From: Bacteriovoracaceae bacterium | GTDB lineage: Bacteria; Bdellovibrionota; Bacteriovoracia; Bacteriovoracales; Bacteriovoracaceae | Reading direction: 5' to 3' | NCBI GenBank assembly: GCA_018649885.1 | Contig: JABIHA010000062.1 | Span: 1-64,000 of the forward strand | DNA length: 64,000 nucleotides | Shown here: one piece after another, positions 1 to 10,468 of the stretch | Layout: the number at the start of each line of letters is the position of its first letter | Numbering within the stretch: position 1 is the stretch's first letter | Notes under the pieces: model-generated | Told to the model about the DNA's origin: nothing | Seen by the model: only the letters and a program-made list of their open reading frames with translations | Databases searched by the model: none | Translations under genes and position numbers: made by a program

Positions 1-1
1 A

Positions 2-2512
2 GGTTCCGGAAAAAGCTCACTTGCCTTTCACACTCTTTACGCAGAATCAAAGAGAAGATTTTTAAATAGTCTGCCTTCTTTTTTAAAATTTTTTAATGAA
101 AGGCCGGCTCCGGTAAGTGTGGAATCGATCTCACCGGTTTTGCCTGTATTTGCTCTTCCTCAGACAAATCCAGTTATGGGATCTAGAAGTAATGTGGGTG
201 ACTTATTGGGGATCACTGAAAAGTTGGGGAAGCTTTTCTTTCAACTGGGAAGGCCCACGTGTCCAGATCACAGAAAATTTCTTAAATCGACTAGTCTTGA
301 GCGTGAAATAGGAAAGCTAATTACAAAAAAAGATCATGATGAGAAATCGATCATGCACCTATTTGTTGAAAAGTCGGTCTATGAGAAAATCTTCACATCA
401 GGCCCGATGCCGTCTAGGTCAATCGCCGAAGGTGAAGACGGGCCGGTTGCGTTTAATGAAAACCATCGCTATTGGGAAATACTACGCTTTAGAGTAAATA
501 ATCTTGATCGTGTCGAAAAGAAATTGGAAGAGATTATTCCCGGCGGACAAAAGAAGCCTCTTTTTTATTTCTCAGATAGGCTTGGCTTTAAAAGACTTAA
601 GTGGGCCGATTATCTTGTTTGCAGTGAGTGTGATTATTCATTTACCCAAAAAATAAGTGCTGAAAACTTCTCTCCTTTTAATGCTCTTGGAGCGTGTGGC
701 AAGTGTGGTGGTTACGGTTCAACTCTTGAATACGATGAAAAAAAGCTTGTGAGTAAAAGGCATCTTTCAGTTAAAGAGGGTGGGATAACAATTTTAAACT
801 ATAAAAGGTTTGCAAGGTATTTAACAAAGCTTGAAGGTGTTTTAGAGAAGGAGAATATATCTCTTACATCACCCATTGATGAATTGGAAAAACCATTTTG
901 GGAAATTCTATTTAAAGGCAAGGGGGGATATCCCGGGGTAGATAGTTTATTAAAAAAACTTGAGGCCAAAAAATATAAAAGTAATGTCAGAATTTACATT
1001 AGAGGAAAACAAAGTGAATATGAGTGCCCAAGCTGTGAAGGCGTTCGAGTTTCAAAAGTTCTCTTTAATTATCAATTACTCAATTCCAAAACATGTCCAA
1101 CTCTTTTCGATATTTACAATTATGATATTGGAGAGCTTGGTGATTTTTTTGAAAATCTGGAGACAACAGGATTTGAGTCATTTATTGCCCACCAAGTGTC
1201 TGAAATAAAAGATTGTCTTTCAATGTCAAAGCGTCTGGGACTTGGTCATTTAAAGTATACGAGAAAGGCCAAGAGCATTTCATCGGGCGAGTATCAACGA
1301 TTATTACTCGTTAAATATTTCTGTTTTCAAGGTAGCGGAAGTCTCTTTGTTTTTGATGAGCCAAGCTTAGGTTTAGGATATAAAGAGCAAAAAGAATTAT
1401 ACTTGGGGTTTAAAAAACTTAAAAAACAAGGCAACACTGTCATTCTAGTTGATCATTCAGAATTTATTCAGGCCCATTGTGATGAAATGATAAAAATTGG
1501 ACCAGGATCGGGACAATTTGGAGGTGAAATTACCTACCAAGGCAAACCTGAAAAATTTAAAAACCAGGTTTACCCTCGTGTTAAAAGTATTCTTGAAACT
1601 AAAGATGTGATTAAGGCATCAAATCTATCTATCTTTGGAAGTTCATTAACTGAGCTGGCATTTCCCATAGGTAAAGTTAGTTGGGTAACCGGTGACTCTG
1701 GAACGGGTAAATCAGCTTTTGTCTTAAAGACACTCGCCAATGCAATTCATCGAAATATCTACGACGAAGATTTCTTTGATGATATTGGAACGGCCGACAA
1801 TTTTGAAGGCCTTGATAAAATTAAAGATATTGTAATTATAGCTGCAAATACTGTGAAAATGAGTAGCAGATCAACTGTTGGAAGTTATACAGGAATTTCG
1901 CCTGTTGTGAGAAAGTATTTTTCAGCATTGACTACCTCAAGATCAATGGGAGCGAAAGATGGCCATTTCTCAAGTAATTCTGAGTTGGGGAAGTGTCCTG
2001 AATGTGAAGGTAAGGGAAAGAAAACCATTGAGCTTCAATTTGTAGAAGATCTTGAAATAGAGTGTGAAAATTGTGGGGGAAGAAAATTAAATCCAATTTA
2101 TGGTGGCATATCAGATGGCGAGTTTACTGCCTATGAAGCTTTGGGAAATCCACTTAGTGAAATTTTAGAAAGGGTAAAGCTTACGCCAAAGTTTCAAAGG
2201 ATTTGGGATTACCTGAAGATTTTAAATCTTGATTATTTAAGCTTAGATAGAGAAGTAAAATCTCTTTCAGGCGGTGAGTTTCAAAGGCTAATGCTTTTAA
2301 ATAGACTTCAAAAAAATATGGTGAACTCTCTTTTAGTTTTTGAAAATATTTCTTTTGGTCTAGGCAGTGGTGAGATTGCCAATCTATGTAATTTAATTAG
2401 TGATTTACAGAAAATGGGTAATACAGTTGTCATTGTGGACCAATCGCCACAATTTGCTAGTATCGCAGAATTCTCCTTAAATTTTAATGGGTTAGCTCAT
2501 TCAATTCGTTGA
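2..2512 (+). CDS. uvrA: UvrA-like ABC ATPase (excinuclease subunit A paralogue), 5'-truncated by the window edge
   Basis: The frame is open from base 2 (GSGKSSLAFHTLYAES, the UvrA Walker A1). It has CxxC zinc motifs, ISSGEYQR/FVFDEPSLGL, GPGSGQFGG, a second Walker A GDSGTGKS and LSGGEFQR. The second Walker B is degenerate. Confidence 0.8.
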   Translation, partial: GSGKSSLAFHTLYAESKRRFLNSLPSFLKFFNERPAPVSVESISPVLPVFALPQTNPVMGSRSNVGDLLGITEKLGKLFFQLGRPTCPDHRKFLKSTSLEREIGKLITKKDHDEKSIMHLFVEKSVYEKIFTSGPMPSRSIAEGEDGPVAFNENHRYWEILRFRVNNLDRVEKKLEEIIPGGQKKPLFYFSDRLGFKRLKWADYLVCSECDYSFTQKISAENFSPFNALGACGKCGGYGSTLEYDEKKLVSKRHLSVKEGGITILNYKRFARYLTKLEGVLEKENISLTSPIDELEKPFWEILFKGKGGYPGVDSLLKKLEAKKYKSNVRIYIRGKQSEYECPSCEGVRVSKVLFNYQLLNSKTCPTLFDIYNYDIGELGDFFENLETTGFESFIAHQVSEIKDCLSMSKRLGLGHLKYTRKAKSISSGEYQRLLLVKYFCFQGSGSLFVFDEPSLGLGYKEQKELYLGFKKLKKQGNTVILVDHSEFIQAHCDEMIKIGPGSGQFGGEITYQGKPEKFKNQVYPRVKSILETKDVIKASNLSIFGSSLTELAFPIGKVSWVTGDSGTGKSAFVLKTLANAIHRNIYDEDFFDDIGTADNFEGLDKIKDIVIIAANTVKMSSRSTVGSYTGISPVVRKYFSALTTSRSMGAKDGHFSSNSELGKCPECEGKGKKTIELQFVEDLEIECENCGGRKLNPIYGGISDGEFTAYEALGNPLSEILERVKLTPKFQRIWDYLKILNLDYLSLDREVKSLSGGEFQRLMLLNRLQKNMVNSLLVFENISFGLGSGEIANLCNLISDLQKMGNTVVIVDQSPQFASIAEFSLNFNGLAHSIR

Positions 2513-2521
2513 TTAATTCAC

Positions 2522-2549
2522 TCAAGTATTAGGTCTCAATTGCCGAATA
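2522..2549 (+). promoter_or_regulatory. sigma28 (FliA)-like promoter
   Basis: TCAAG-N15-GCCGAATA, followed by the hairpin GTCGT-TTGGAAGG-ACGAC (2563-2580). Confidence 0.55.
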
Positions 2550-2609
2550 GACCTACTAGAGGGTCGTTTGGAAGGACGACTCAATAGATTTTCTTGAGGT
2601 GAAAATGTT

Positions 2610-3347
2610 ATGAAGTTTAAACCGCTTTGGATATTTCTTGTGGTATTTTCTGTGATGCTGACAAGTTTAATGGGAACTGTATATGTTCCTGTTTCTGCTT
2701 ACAGACAGATGAAAGAAAGCGAAGCAGTTGTTCAAGGTATCTATAACTCAAAGACCTATAAAAAATTATCAAATGGAAAAGTTGTAACAGAGCTGTCATT
2801 TAAAATTGTCAAAGCTGTAGGCATTCCCAGAAAAGATATAATTAATAAAAATGAGTTTAAAATCATCATGTCGGGAGGTTATTGGGGGGGGTTAAAATAC
2901 CATATTCCAGGATCTCCTGTGTTTACTAAGGGAGAAGAAATTATTGTTCTTCTCAACCGGGTTGATAGGGCTTATTGGCTCCATAACTTGGCCTTAGGAT
3001 CATATAGAATCAAAAGAGTCGCTGGAGAAAAAAGAGTAATCTCTTATGTGTTTCCAAATAATAAAAAAATTGGCTCCCTTGGGTATGATGAATTTCTGAG
3101 AGAAATTGTTAAGGCCTACAGTGTAGAGCTTGCACACCTTCCCCTTGAAACTGAAATTTTAATAGGATCTAAGAATCCTTACAATAAAATGGGCTCAGTT
3201 GTAAAAGCCAGGGGAAGAAAGATCGCATCCCTTGATGAGAATGTAAAAGAAGAGAGTGAGGAGAATACAATTATATGGCCAATATTACTTCTAGGATTTT
3301 TAGGAGCAATATTTAGGTGGCTTTCTAGGAGAAATGAAGCTGGTTAA
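2610..3347 (+). CDS. Exported hypothetical protein with C-terminal membrane anchor
   Basis: N-terminal signal peptide and C-terminal TM (IIWPILLLGFLGAIF) plus basic tail. GAGG RBS. Overlaps the next gene. Confidence 0.75.
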   Translation: MKFKPLWIFLVVFSVMLTSLMGTVYVPVSAYRQMKESEAVVQGIYNSKTYKKLSNGKVVTELSFKIVKAVGIPRKDIINKNEFKIIMSGGYWGGLKYHIPGSPVFTKGEEIIVLLNRVDRAYWLHNLALGSYRIKRVAGEKRVISYVFPNNKKIGSLGYDEFLREIVKAYSVELAHLPLETEILIGSKNPYNKMGSVVKARGRKIASLDENVKEESEENTIIWPILLLGFLGAIFRWLSRRNEAG

Positions 3348-5148
3348 TTTTAGAGTTTTTTTGTTTCTATTTTTGATACCAGGCTTGTGCCACTCATTTG
3401 TGCACAATAGAACCTCCTTTGGCTCAAAAGTTCAGTGGCCTTCTGATTCCCAAATTTTGAGTATCTATATAGACACAGCAAATAATGATTCACTAGACAG
3501 GGGTGAAGTTCTTGGTGTTTTTAATAGTTCTGCTGGTTACTGGAATGCAGCTTCAGGCATAACTCTAAATGGACATGAAGTTGTGGCAGGGACCAACGCA
3601 ACAGAAAATTATGTTGAAATTTCATCAAATAATATTTTTGGTGCTGGAGTTGTGGCCTATACAGAGATGGCCTACAATACATCAAACGGTGAGATATACT
3701 ACGGGCATATTTACTTAAATGATTCATATACTTTTTCTACTGACTCAACTGATACAGATAACTCAGATTTAAATCCTGTTTTTATTGGTGATATTTTTAC
3801 TCATGAACTTGGACATATGATTGGTATGTCTCATAGTTTGAGCAAAGAAAGCTCAATGTTTTATTCTGTATACAGAGGTCAGTATGTTACTGCCGCTGAT
3901 GATAATTCAGGGGCCTATGATCTTTACCCTGCGACTAAGCAAGGAACAATATATGGTAGAGTTATTGGTGGTGATGAGCTCGTTGGAATTTTTGGGGCTT
4001 ACGTAAGTGCTATATCTTATGAAACGGGTGAAGTCGCTGGAGCCAATTTAAGTAATTCAGATGGTACCTTCGGTATTCCGGGACTTGATACCACTAAAAC
4101 GTATTACTTGATGATTTCACCCATAAAAGAAAGTCAGCATTTGCCAATATACTATTCGGGTGCTCAAACAAATTTTTGTCCAGGTGGATCTTTTAAAACT
4201 TCATTTTATTCAAAGTGTGGTGAAAGTGAAGAGGGTTATCCTTATGGAATAGAATTTAATAGTAGTGACTCAATGAATGTGGGGAATATAACGATTTCTT
4301 GTGGGACAAAGAGCCCTACTAGCTATCTTGTTAACAAAGATGGTACTCCAACAGATGGTTTTGCTCTCGATATTGAAACGACGACTGGAAATTTTGGTAA
4401 TTCTTTTGTTGGATTTTTTAGTGAATATGATAGCGAGACTATAGTTCCGGAAAAAATAACAATAGATCTTACTGGATATGCTGATGCTACAACAGATCAC
4501 TATCTTGAAATCAGAGTAAATTCTCAAAAATATTTCTCAAAAATGAGAACTGAGATGCTGATGGAAAGAGATTCTGCAGCAGTTGATTTGACTGTAGCAG
4601 ATCTATCTACTGATGATGAGGGGAATTACTCCCTAGAGCTTCTGGGTCGGCTGGCCATGTCGGCAACGACTACTGAAAATACATATGAAATAACTCTTAC
4701 CCCATCAGAGTTAATAAAAACTGCTGAGACTTATACCAATAGTGATTTTTTTCCAGATGCTGACCATTTTGTTGAGAGCCTTCCCTTCTATCTCTTTTCA
4801 GCGAGAATAGTTAAGTATGATGGTAGTACCTATGAAACAGTTTCTAAAAGATCATATAATGCTCAGTCAGATAATAGCTATTGTCCCGATGGACCCTATG
4901 CTTACGAGACTAAGCCTTATGTTAATGATTCTGATATTGATTTTTCGGCCCGTAAAAAGCCAGGTGGCAATCCAATGTTTTCTTGTGCTACAACGACTGA
5001 TGGGCCACCACCACCCAGTTCTGGTTCAGCAGCTTTAAGTTTTTCACTTGGTTTGCTACTGATCTTGCTGCTAAATATTCTGAAGCAAAGATTTATTCCA
5101 ATTAGGCTTTCAAAAAGATCAATTTTGACTCATAATATGAGGAAGTGA
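3334..5148 (+). CDS. Secreted matrixin/metzincin zinc metalloprotease with carboxypeptidase-regulatory-like domain and C-terminal TM tail
   Basis: Signal peptide, HELGHMIGMSH (HExxHxxGxxH), Met-turn SSMF, and a C-terminal hydrophobic helix followed by basic residues. Confidence 0.85.
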   Translation: MKLVNFRVFLFLFLIPGLCHSFVHNRTSFGSKVQWPSDSQILSIYIDTANNDSLDRGEVLGVFNSSAGYWNAASGITLNGHEVVAGTNATENYVEISSNNIFGAGVVAYTEMAYNTSNGEIYYGHIYLNDSYTFSTDSTDTDNSDLNPVFIGDIFTHELGHMIGMSHSLSKESSMFYSVYRGQYVTAADDNSGAYDLYPATKQGTIYGRVIGGDELVGIFGAYVSAISYETGEVAGANLSNSDGTFGIPGLDTTKTYYLMISPIKESQHLPIYYSGAQTNFCPGGSFKTSFYSKCGESEEGYPYGIEFNSSDSMNVGNITISCGTKSPTSYLVNKDGTPTDGFALDIETTTGNFGNSFVGFFSEYDSETIVPEKITIDLTGYADATTDHYLEIRVNSQKYFSKMRTEMLMERDSAAVDLTVADLSTDDEGNYSLELLGRLAMSATTTENTYEITLTPSELIKTAETYTNSDFFPDADHFVESLPFYLFSARIVKYDGSTYETVSKRSYNAQSDNSYCPDGPYAYETKPYVNDSDIDFSARKKPGGNPMFSCATTTDGPPPPSSGSAALSFSLGLLLILLLNILKQRFIPIRLSKRSILTHNMRK

Positions 5149-5181
5149 TTTTAAAAGAAAACCTTTTCAGTCTGTGAAAAA

Positions 5182-5661
5182 ATGAACAAGTTGCTATTAC
5201 TTTCAATTTTGCTTATATCCTCAGTAGCGGACGTGTATTCGCAAAATCTCCTCAATGAACGTATCCGTGAAATACCGGGAAGAAAAAAATCTATCTATCT
5301 TGAGGGTGGCGTATTTCATGGCGGTAGCGGAACTGGCCGAAGCACACTCGTTGCTGCGAGGCACTCCTACCGTGCAGCCGAAAATTTTGAGAGGCTTGTT
5401 TTCGATTTTAAGGGCTCTAGTTTACCCAAGGTTTATGGTTACCTTTCTGAAAAAGAAAAGAAACTCTATATTGATTTTTTTAGCAGTGATCTAAAGCCCG
5501 GTATTTCTAGCTTTGGTAACAGTAAATTTGTTAAAAATATGGATTTTTTCAAGATTAGTAGTGATACTCTATCTTTGGAACTGGGATTTAAATCGAAAGT
5601 AAGCGTGGACATTTTTTATTTAAAATCTCCTTCGCGACTAGTTATTGACGTCAAAAATTAA
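5182..5661 (+). CDS. Periplasmic AMIN-like domain protein
   Basis: Signal peptide; ERLVFDF and terminal LKSPSRLVIDV typical of AMIN domains. Confidence 0.65.
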   Translation: MNKLLLLSILLISSVADVYSQNLLNERIREIPGRKKSIYLEGGVFHGGSGTGRSTLVAARHSYRAAENFERLVFDFKGSSLPKVYGYLSEKEKKLYIDFFSSDLKPGISSFGNSKFVKNMDFFKISSDTLSLELGFKSKVSVDIFYLKSPSRLVIDVKN

Positions 5662-5671
5662 TCTCGATTAT

Positions 5672-5697
5672 CTTGCCAGGTCCGAATTCAACCCCAT
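5672..5697 (+). promoter_or_regulatory. sigma32 (RpoH)-like heat-shock promoter of lon
   Basis: CTTGCC-N14-CCCCAT (consensus CTTGAA-N13/15-CCCCAT) just upstream of lon. Confidence 0.6.
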
Positions 5698-5731
5698 AAT
5701 TAGTATTGAAAATTACATGTAGGAGCGAGAC

Positions 5732-8209
5732 ATGTCCGAAGACGAATCAGATGAATCAGAATTTAATATAGCCGTTGCCACCTCAACACCGGAGACTTTT
5801 ACTAAGTTTCCTGAGGAAGTGGTTATTATACCAATAATGAATAGTCCTATCTTCCCGGGGATGATAGCGCCTATTATTTTGACTGAGGACCGATTTACGC
5901 CTGAGCTTGATAAATTTATTATGGGCACTGGTTACATTGCTCTCAATTTGGTGAAGTTCAAAGAAGAGAATAGGGCCGATCATGAGCTTGAAGAAGTAGA
6001 TGGAGGTCCAGGCGAGCTAAAATCTAAAGATATCTATAGAGTCGGGATTATTTGCAAGGTTGTAAAAAAACTTAAGCTGCCTGATGGCTCAGTTAATATT
6101 CTCGTGCATGGGATTAGAAGATACCGAGTATCTGCCTTTGAAAAAGATAATCCGCTTTTAGTATGTAAGTTTGAAGTATTCGAAGAAACTGTTGAAGCTG
6201 ACGAGGAACTTGATGCTTACACACGTTCAGTCATCAACCAGGTAAAGAAGCTCTCGGAAATAAATCCTTATTTTAATGAAGAGATGAAGCTTGCCATGCT
6301 TAATAGTCCATCTCCTGGAAGTCTCGCTGATTTAGTGGCCTTTGCCCTTTCTCTTGATATTCCGGAAGCTCAGGATTTTTTAGAAACACTGGTAGTTAAA
6401 AAAAGATTTGCAAAAATCTTAGTTTATCTAAAACGTGAAAAAGATGTCTCTGATATCCAAAAGAAAATAACTGATGAAGTTAATGATAAGGTTAATAAAT
6501 ATCAAAGAGAGTATTACCTTCGAGAGCAGTTAAAAGTTATCCGAGCTGAGCTTGGAATGGATGATGATGAAAAGTCTAGAGAACTTGAAAAGCTTAAAGA
6601 ATTGGTTGGCAAATGTAATATGCCAGAGGACGCCAGAAAAGCTGCTGACGAGGAACTCGAAAGGCTTGAGTCGATTCCAGACAGTAGTCCTGAATATAAT
6701 GTCGCAAGAACTTATTTAAATTTAATGGTTCATCTTCCTTGGGATAAATCGACAGAAGATAGTATCGATATTGCAAAGTGTTCTAAGATTCTAGAAAAAG
6801 ATCACTATGGTTTAGAAAAGGCTAAATCAAGGATATTAGAATTTCTAGCTGTGAGGGCATTAAAGCCTAGTTATGATGGGACAATTCTTTGTCTTGCAGG
6901 TCCTCCGGGCGTTGGAAAAACGTCACTTGGCAATAGCATCGCAAGTGCTCTAGGAAGACAATTTTATAGATTTAGTCTCGGTGGAATGAGAGATGAGGCT
7001 GAAATTAAAGGTCATAGAAGAACTTATGTCGGGGCCATGCCTGGAAAAATAATACAAGCTCTTAAAAGAGTTGAAACCAATAATCCAGTTATAATGCTCG
7101 ATGAAATTGATAAGCTTGGAAAAAGTTTTCAAGGTGATCCAGCTTCTGCACTCTTAGAAGTATTAGATCCTGAACAGAATAAAACATTTATTGATAATTA
7201 TTTAGATGTTCCTTTTGATCTATCGAAAGTGCTATTTATTGCTACAGCTAACAATCTTGACGGGGTTCCAGAACCACTACTTGATAGAATGGAAGTGATT
7301 GAGTTGAGTGGTTATACTCTTGAGGAAAAAGTTTCCATCGCCAAAAGTTGGGTTGTTCCAAAACAAATTGTAAAACACGGACTTGATAAAAAGGATTTTA
7401 CTCTTTCTACAGACATAATAAAGAAATTGATTGCTGACTATGCAAGAGAGCCTGGAGTTCGGGTGATGGAGCAGTTTATAGCAAGGCTTTGTAGAAAGGC
7501 TGCTCTTGAAAAAGTTAAGGGCAAGAAAAAGGTGAAGTTTGCACCTAAGGTAGAAGGTTTGGAAGACTTACTAGGTATTCCAAGATTCTCTCAAGAAAAA
7601 ACAGAAAATTTTCTTCCTCCTGGAGTTGTCTACGGGCTTGCATGGACAGCATACGGGGGAGAAGTTTTAATAATTGAAACTCTTCCTCTTAAAGGGAAAG
7701 GGTTTAAGCTAACGGGCCAACTTGGTGATGTTATGAATGAATCGGCGAACCTCGCTTACTCATATGCACAAAGCCTACTTCAAACTGAGACTACAAATAA
7801 AATAGTTAAAAAGAAGGTAAGCACAAAAAAAACGGGAGAGGCTGATACGAGTGATGATTATTTATCAAATCACCATGTACATCTTCATCTTCCTGCTGGA
7901 GCCGTTCCTAAAGATGGACCTAGTGCGGGGATTACAATGGCCTTGGCACTATACAGTCTTGCTACTGGGAAAAGAGTTAAGTCTAATATTGCCATGACAG
8001 GTGAGTTATCTTTAACTGGTAAAGTGTTACCTGTTGGGGGAATAAAAGAAAAAGTTCTTGCTGCTAAAAGGGCTGGAATTAAATCTATTATCCTTCCTGC
8101 TCAAAATGAAAAAGATTTAAAAGAAGTTCCAGAAAGGCATAGAAAAGGAATAAAGTTTTATCCAGTAAAATATTTTAATGAAGTTCAAAAGATTGCACTG
8201 ACCAAATAA
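5732..8209 (+). CDS. lon: ATP-dependent Lon protease (paralogue 1)
   Basis: Lon N-domain, GPPGVGKTS, MLDEIDK, GHRRTYVGAMPG, PKDGPSAG (catalytic Ser), GGIKEK. Confidence 0.97.
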   Translation: MSEDESDESEFNIAVATSTPETFTKFPEEVVIIPIMNSPIFPGMIAPIILTEDRFTPELDKFIMGTGYIALNLVKFKEENRADHELEEVDGGPGELKSKDIYRVGIICKVVKKLKLPDGSVNILVHGIRRYRVSAFEKDNPLLVCKFEVFEETVEADEELDAYTRSVINQVKKLSEINPYFNEEMKLAMLNSPSPGSLADLVAFALSLDIPEAQDFLETLVVKKRFAKILVYLKREKDVSDIQKKITDEVNDKVNKYQREYYLREQLKVIRAELGMDDDEKSRELEKLKELVGKCNMPEDARKAADEELERLESIPDSSPEYNVARTYLNLMVHLPWDKSTEDSIDIAKCSKILEKDHYGLEKAKSRILEFLAVRALKPSYDGTILCLAGPPGVGKTSLGNSIASALGRQFYRFSLGGMRDEAEIKGHRRTYVGAMPGKIIQALKRVETNNPVIMLDEIDKLGKSFQGDPASALLEVLDPEQNKTFIDNYLDVPFDLSKVLFIATANNLDGVPEPLLDRMEVIELSGYTLEEKVSIAKSWVVPKQIVKHGLDKKDFTLSTDIIKKLIADYAREPGVRVMEQFIARLCRKAALEKVKGKKKVKFAPKVEGLEDLLGIPRFSQEKTENFLPPGVVYGLAWTAYGGEVLIIETLPLKGKGFKLTGQLGDVMNESANLAYSYAQSLLQTETTNKIVKKKVSTKKTGEADTSDDYLSNHHVHLHLPAGAVPKDGPSAGITMALALYSLATGKRVKSNIAMTGELSLTGKVLPVGGIKEKVLAAKRAGIKSIILPAQNEKDLKEVPERHRKGIKFYPVKYFNEVQKIALTK

Positions 8210-8241
8210 AAAAAGGCTTCCAAATTGGAAGCCTTATTTTT
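8208..8241. terminator. Bidirectional intrinsic terminator between lon and rpoZ
   Basis: AAGGCTTCCA-AAT-TGGAAGCCTT flanked by A and T runs, between convergent genes. Confidence 0.85.
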
Positions 8242-8260
8242 ATCAACATTTTTTTAATTA

Positions 8261-8473
8261 TTAGAATTCGTCTGAATCGTACTCAGAAACTTCCGAGTGG
8301 CGAACTTTACCTTTAGCAATTTCTCTTAAGGCAGTAACAATATTTTTGTTATCACACTCGATTAAAGGATTGTAGCCTTCTTTAAGTTGCTTAACTCTTT
8401 TAACTGTTAAGTGGACTAGCTCGTATCTGTTCTCTACTTTGTCTAAGCAGTCCTCTACTGTAATTCTTGCCAT
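8261..8473 (-). CDS. rpoZ: RNA polymerase omega subunit
   Basis: [20 protein letters not shown]...ALREIA, the omega signature. Confidence 0.96.
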   Translation of the reverse strand: MARITVEDCLDKVENRYELVHLTVKRVKQLKEGYNPLIECDNKNIVTALREIAKGKVRHSEVSEYDSDEF

Positions 8474-8535
8474 GAAGTAACCTCACTCATAATATTTTAG
8501 ATCAAATCACTTTATAGAGCGCGAAAGATTTCCTG

Positions 8536-10395
8536 TCAATCATTGTACATTGCGTTAATGTCATCTTTGTAGCTCTCGAGAAGTACCTTTTTCTTGAGTT
8601 TTAGTGAAGGTGTTAACTGACCTCCCTCAACGCTAAACTCAACAGGGGCAATAAAGAAGTTCTTTATGGTTTCAAATCGGGCCAGCTGGCCATTAGCATC
8701 TTCAATATCAGCATTGATTAGATCGGCTATGCCTTGATTTTTGGCCAAGTCTTCGAATTTACAATCAGGCTCCAGACCAAAAGATTCCAGTTTATCTAGG
8801 AATGTGGCCTTCTCAATACCGATGATGGCCGATAGGTACTTTCTTCTGTCTCCCACTACCAGGCACTGTGAAATAAAGGGGCGCGTTTTCATTATATTTT
8901 CAATTTTTTGTGGTGCAATATTTTTACCTGCGGCAGTGATGAGAATATCTTTTTTTCGGTCAGTAATTCTCAGATACCCATTTTCATCAAATTCCCCAAT
9001 ATCTCCACTGTAAAACCACCCGTCCTTAAGTGCGCGTTCGGTACCCTTAGGGTTTTTGTAATACTCTTTTAGCATTGCTACCGACTTAATAAGGATTTCA
9101 CCATCATCCGCAAATTTAATATGAACGTCCCCTATGGGAATGCCAACTGAACCAAGGACTTGCTTGCTTAGGGGGTTAATTACACAAGGTGCTGCAGTCT
9201 CGGTAAGTCCGTATCCCTCTAGGATTGTAAATCCACAGTTTCTCATGAACTTCATAATTTCTATGGCAAGCGGAGCTCCACCAGATACAAAGTAGCGAAT
9301 TCTGCCACCAAATTGTTCATAAATTTTCTTGAAAACTAAGTTGTAGCCAACCTGTCTTTCAAATAACTCCTTCAGGGTAGGGGATTCATCTTTTTGAATT
9401 CTTTCGAAATACTTGGTTGAGGATTCCATGGACCATTTGTAGATACTCTTTCGGTACTCTGGACCGGCTTCTATTTTCTCCATCACTTTAGCGTAAATTT
9501 TTTCGAAGATTCTAGGAACTGCGCACATGACTGTGGGTCTTACCACGGGGATATTATCAATGATTTTATCAATGCTCTCAGCAAATACAAATTCCCAACC
9601 AAAGATTAGTGGCATCATGGTCTCTCCTCTTCCAAAGACATGGGCAAGTGGAAGAAAAGTAAGAGTTCGGTCGTTGCGATTAAATCCAGACTTTAGGTGG
9701 AGATATACATTACGTAGCATTTGCATGATGGCCCGCTGGGTAAGGACCGCACCTTTTGGCTCACCAGTGGTACCAGAGGTATATATTATGGTGAGAAGAT
9801 CATCCTCAGTAGCTTCGTTAATAGTTTGTTCAAAAAGAGAGTTATCTTGGCTTTCTAGTTCGAATCCTTTGGAGAGTAACTCATCATAACTAATAACTTT
9901 AATGTCGCCGAGATCTTCGAATTGTTCAAGATCCATTTTTTCAATGGTGACAATCAATTTTAGATTCTCGAAATTTTTTACTACTTCACAAACTTTACCC
10001 ATGAGGGCCACATCTTCCACTACTATAATACTACTCTCTGAATGGTTGTAGATGTATTCCACTTCGCTTGCTGTGTAGTTTGGGTAAATGGGAATGACAA
10101 CACCTCGTGAGCACATAGTGGCCATATCCATTAGGTGCCATTCTTTTCTGGTTTGCGAAAGAATTGAAAGATGCGTGCCTGCACTTAGTCCATGGTGCAT
10201 TAGTCCCAATGAAAGAGCCCTGACTACATCGCCATATTCACTGTAGCTATAGAAGTGCAGACCGTTGTCTTTTATCCAGCCTAGTGAATTATTTTTGGCA
10301 CTTAGTTTTATTCTAGCTAAAAATAGCTGCCCAAGCGTTTTGTTATCAAGCATGGAAGGGGTCCTTTCAAATTGGGGTCGAGTCTGCACTAACAT
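8536..10395 (-). CDS. fadD: Long-chain fatty acid-CoA ligase (AMP-dependent synthetase)
   Basis: IIYTSGTTGEPKG, EGYGLTET, SGDIG, DRKKD, LTPSLKLK. Confidence 0.9.
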   Translation of the reverse strand: MLVQTRPQFERTPSMLDNKTLGQLFLARIKLSAKNNSLGWIKDNGLHFYSYSEYGDVVRALSLGLMHHGLSAGTHLSILSQTRKEWHLMDMATMCSRGVVIPIYPNYTASEVEYIYNHSESSIIVVEDVALMGKVCEVVKNFENLKLIVTIEKMDLEQFEDLGDIKVISYDELLSKGFELESQDNSLFEQTINEATEDDLLTIIYTSGTTGEPKGAVLTQRAIMQMLRNVYLHLKSGFNRNDRTLTFLPLAHVFGRGETMMPLIFGWEFVFAESIDKIIDNIPVVRPTVMCAVPRIFEKIYAKVMEKIEAGPEYRKSIYKWSMESSTKYFERIQKDESPTLKELFERQVGYNLVFKKIYEQFGGRIRYFVSGGAPLAIEIMKFMRNCGFTILEGYGLTETAAPCVINPLSKQVLGSVGIPIGDVHIKFADDGEILIKSVAMLKEYYKNPKGTERALKDGWFYSGDIGEFDENGYLRITDRKKDILITAAGKNIAPQKIENIMKTRPFISQCLVVGDRRKYLSAIIGIEKATFLDKLESFGLEPDCKFEDLAKNQGIADLINADIEDANGQLARFETIKNFFIAPVEFSVEGGQLTPSLKLKKKVLLESYKDDINAMYND

Positions 10396-10468
10396 AGTAA
10401 ATTCAAATGCCTAGGAAATCCATTATAGGTGTCTTATTTGCATTACTTTTCGAGAGAATTTCGAAGGG

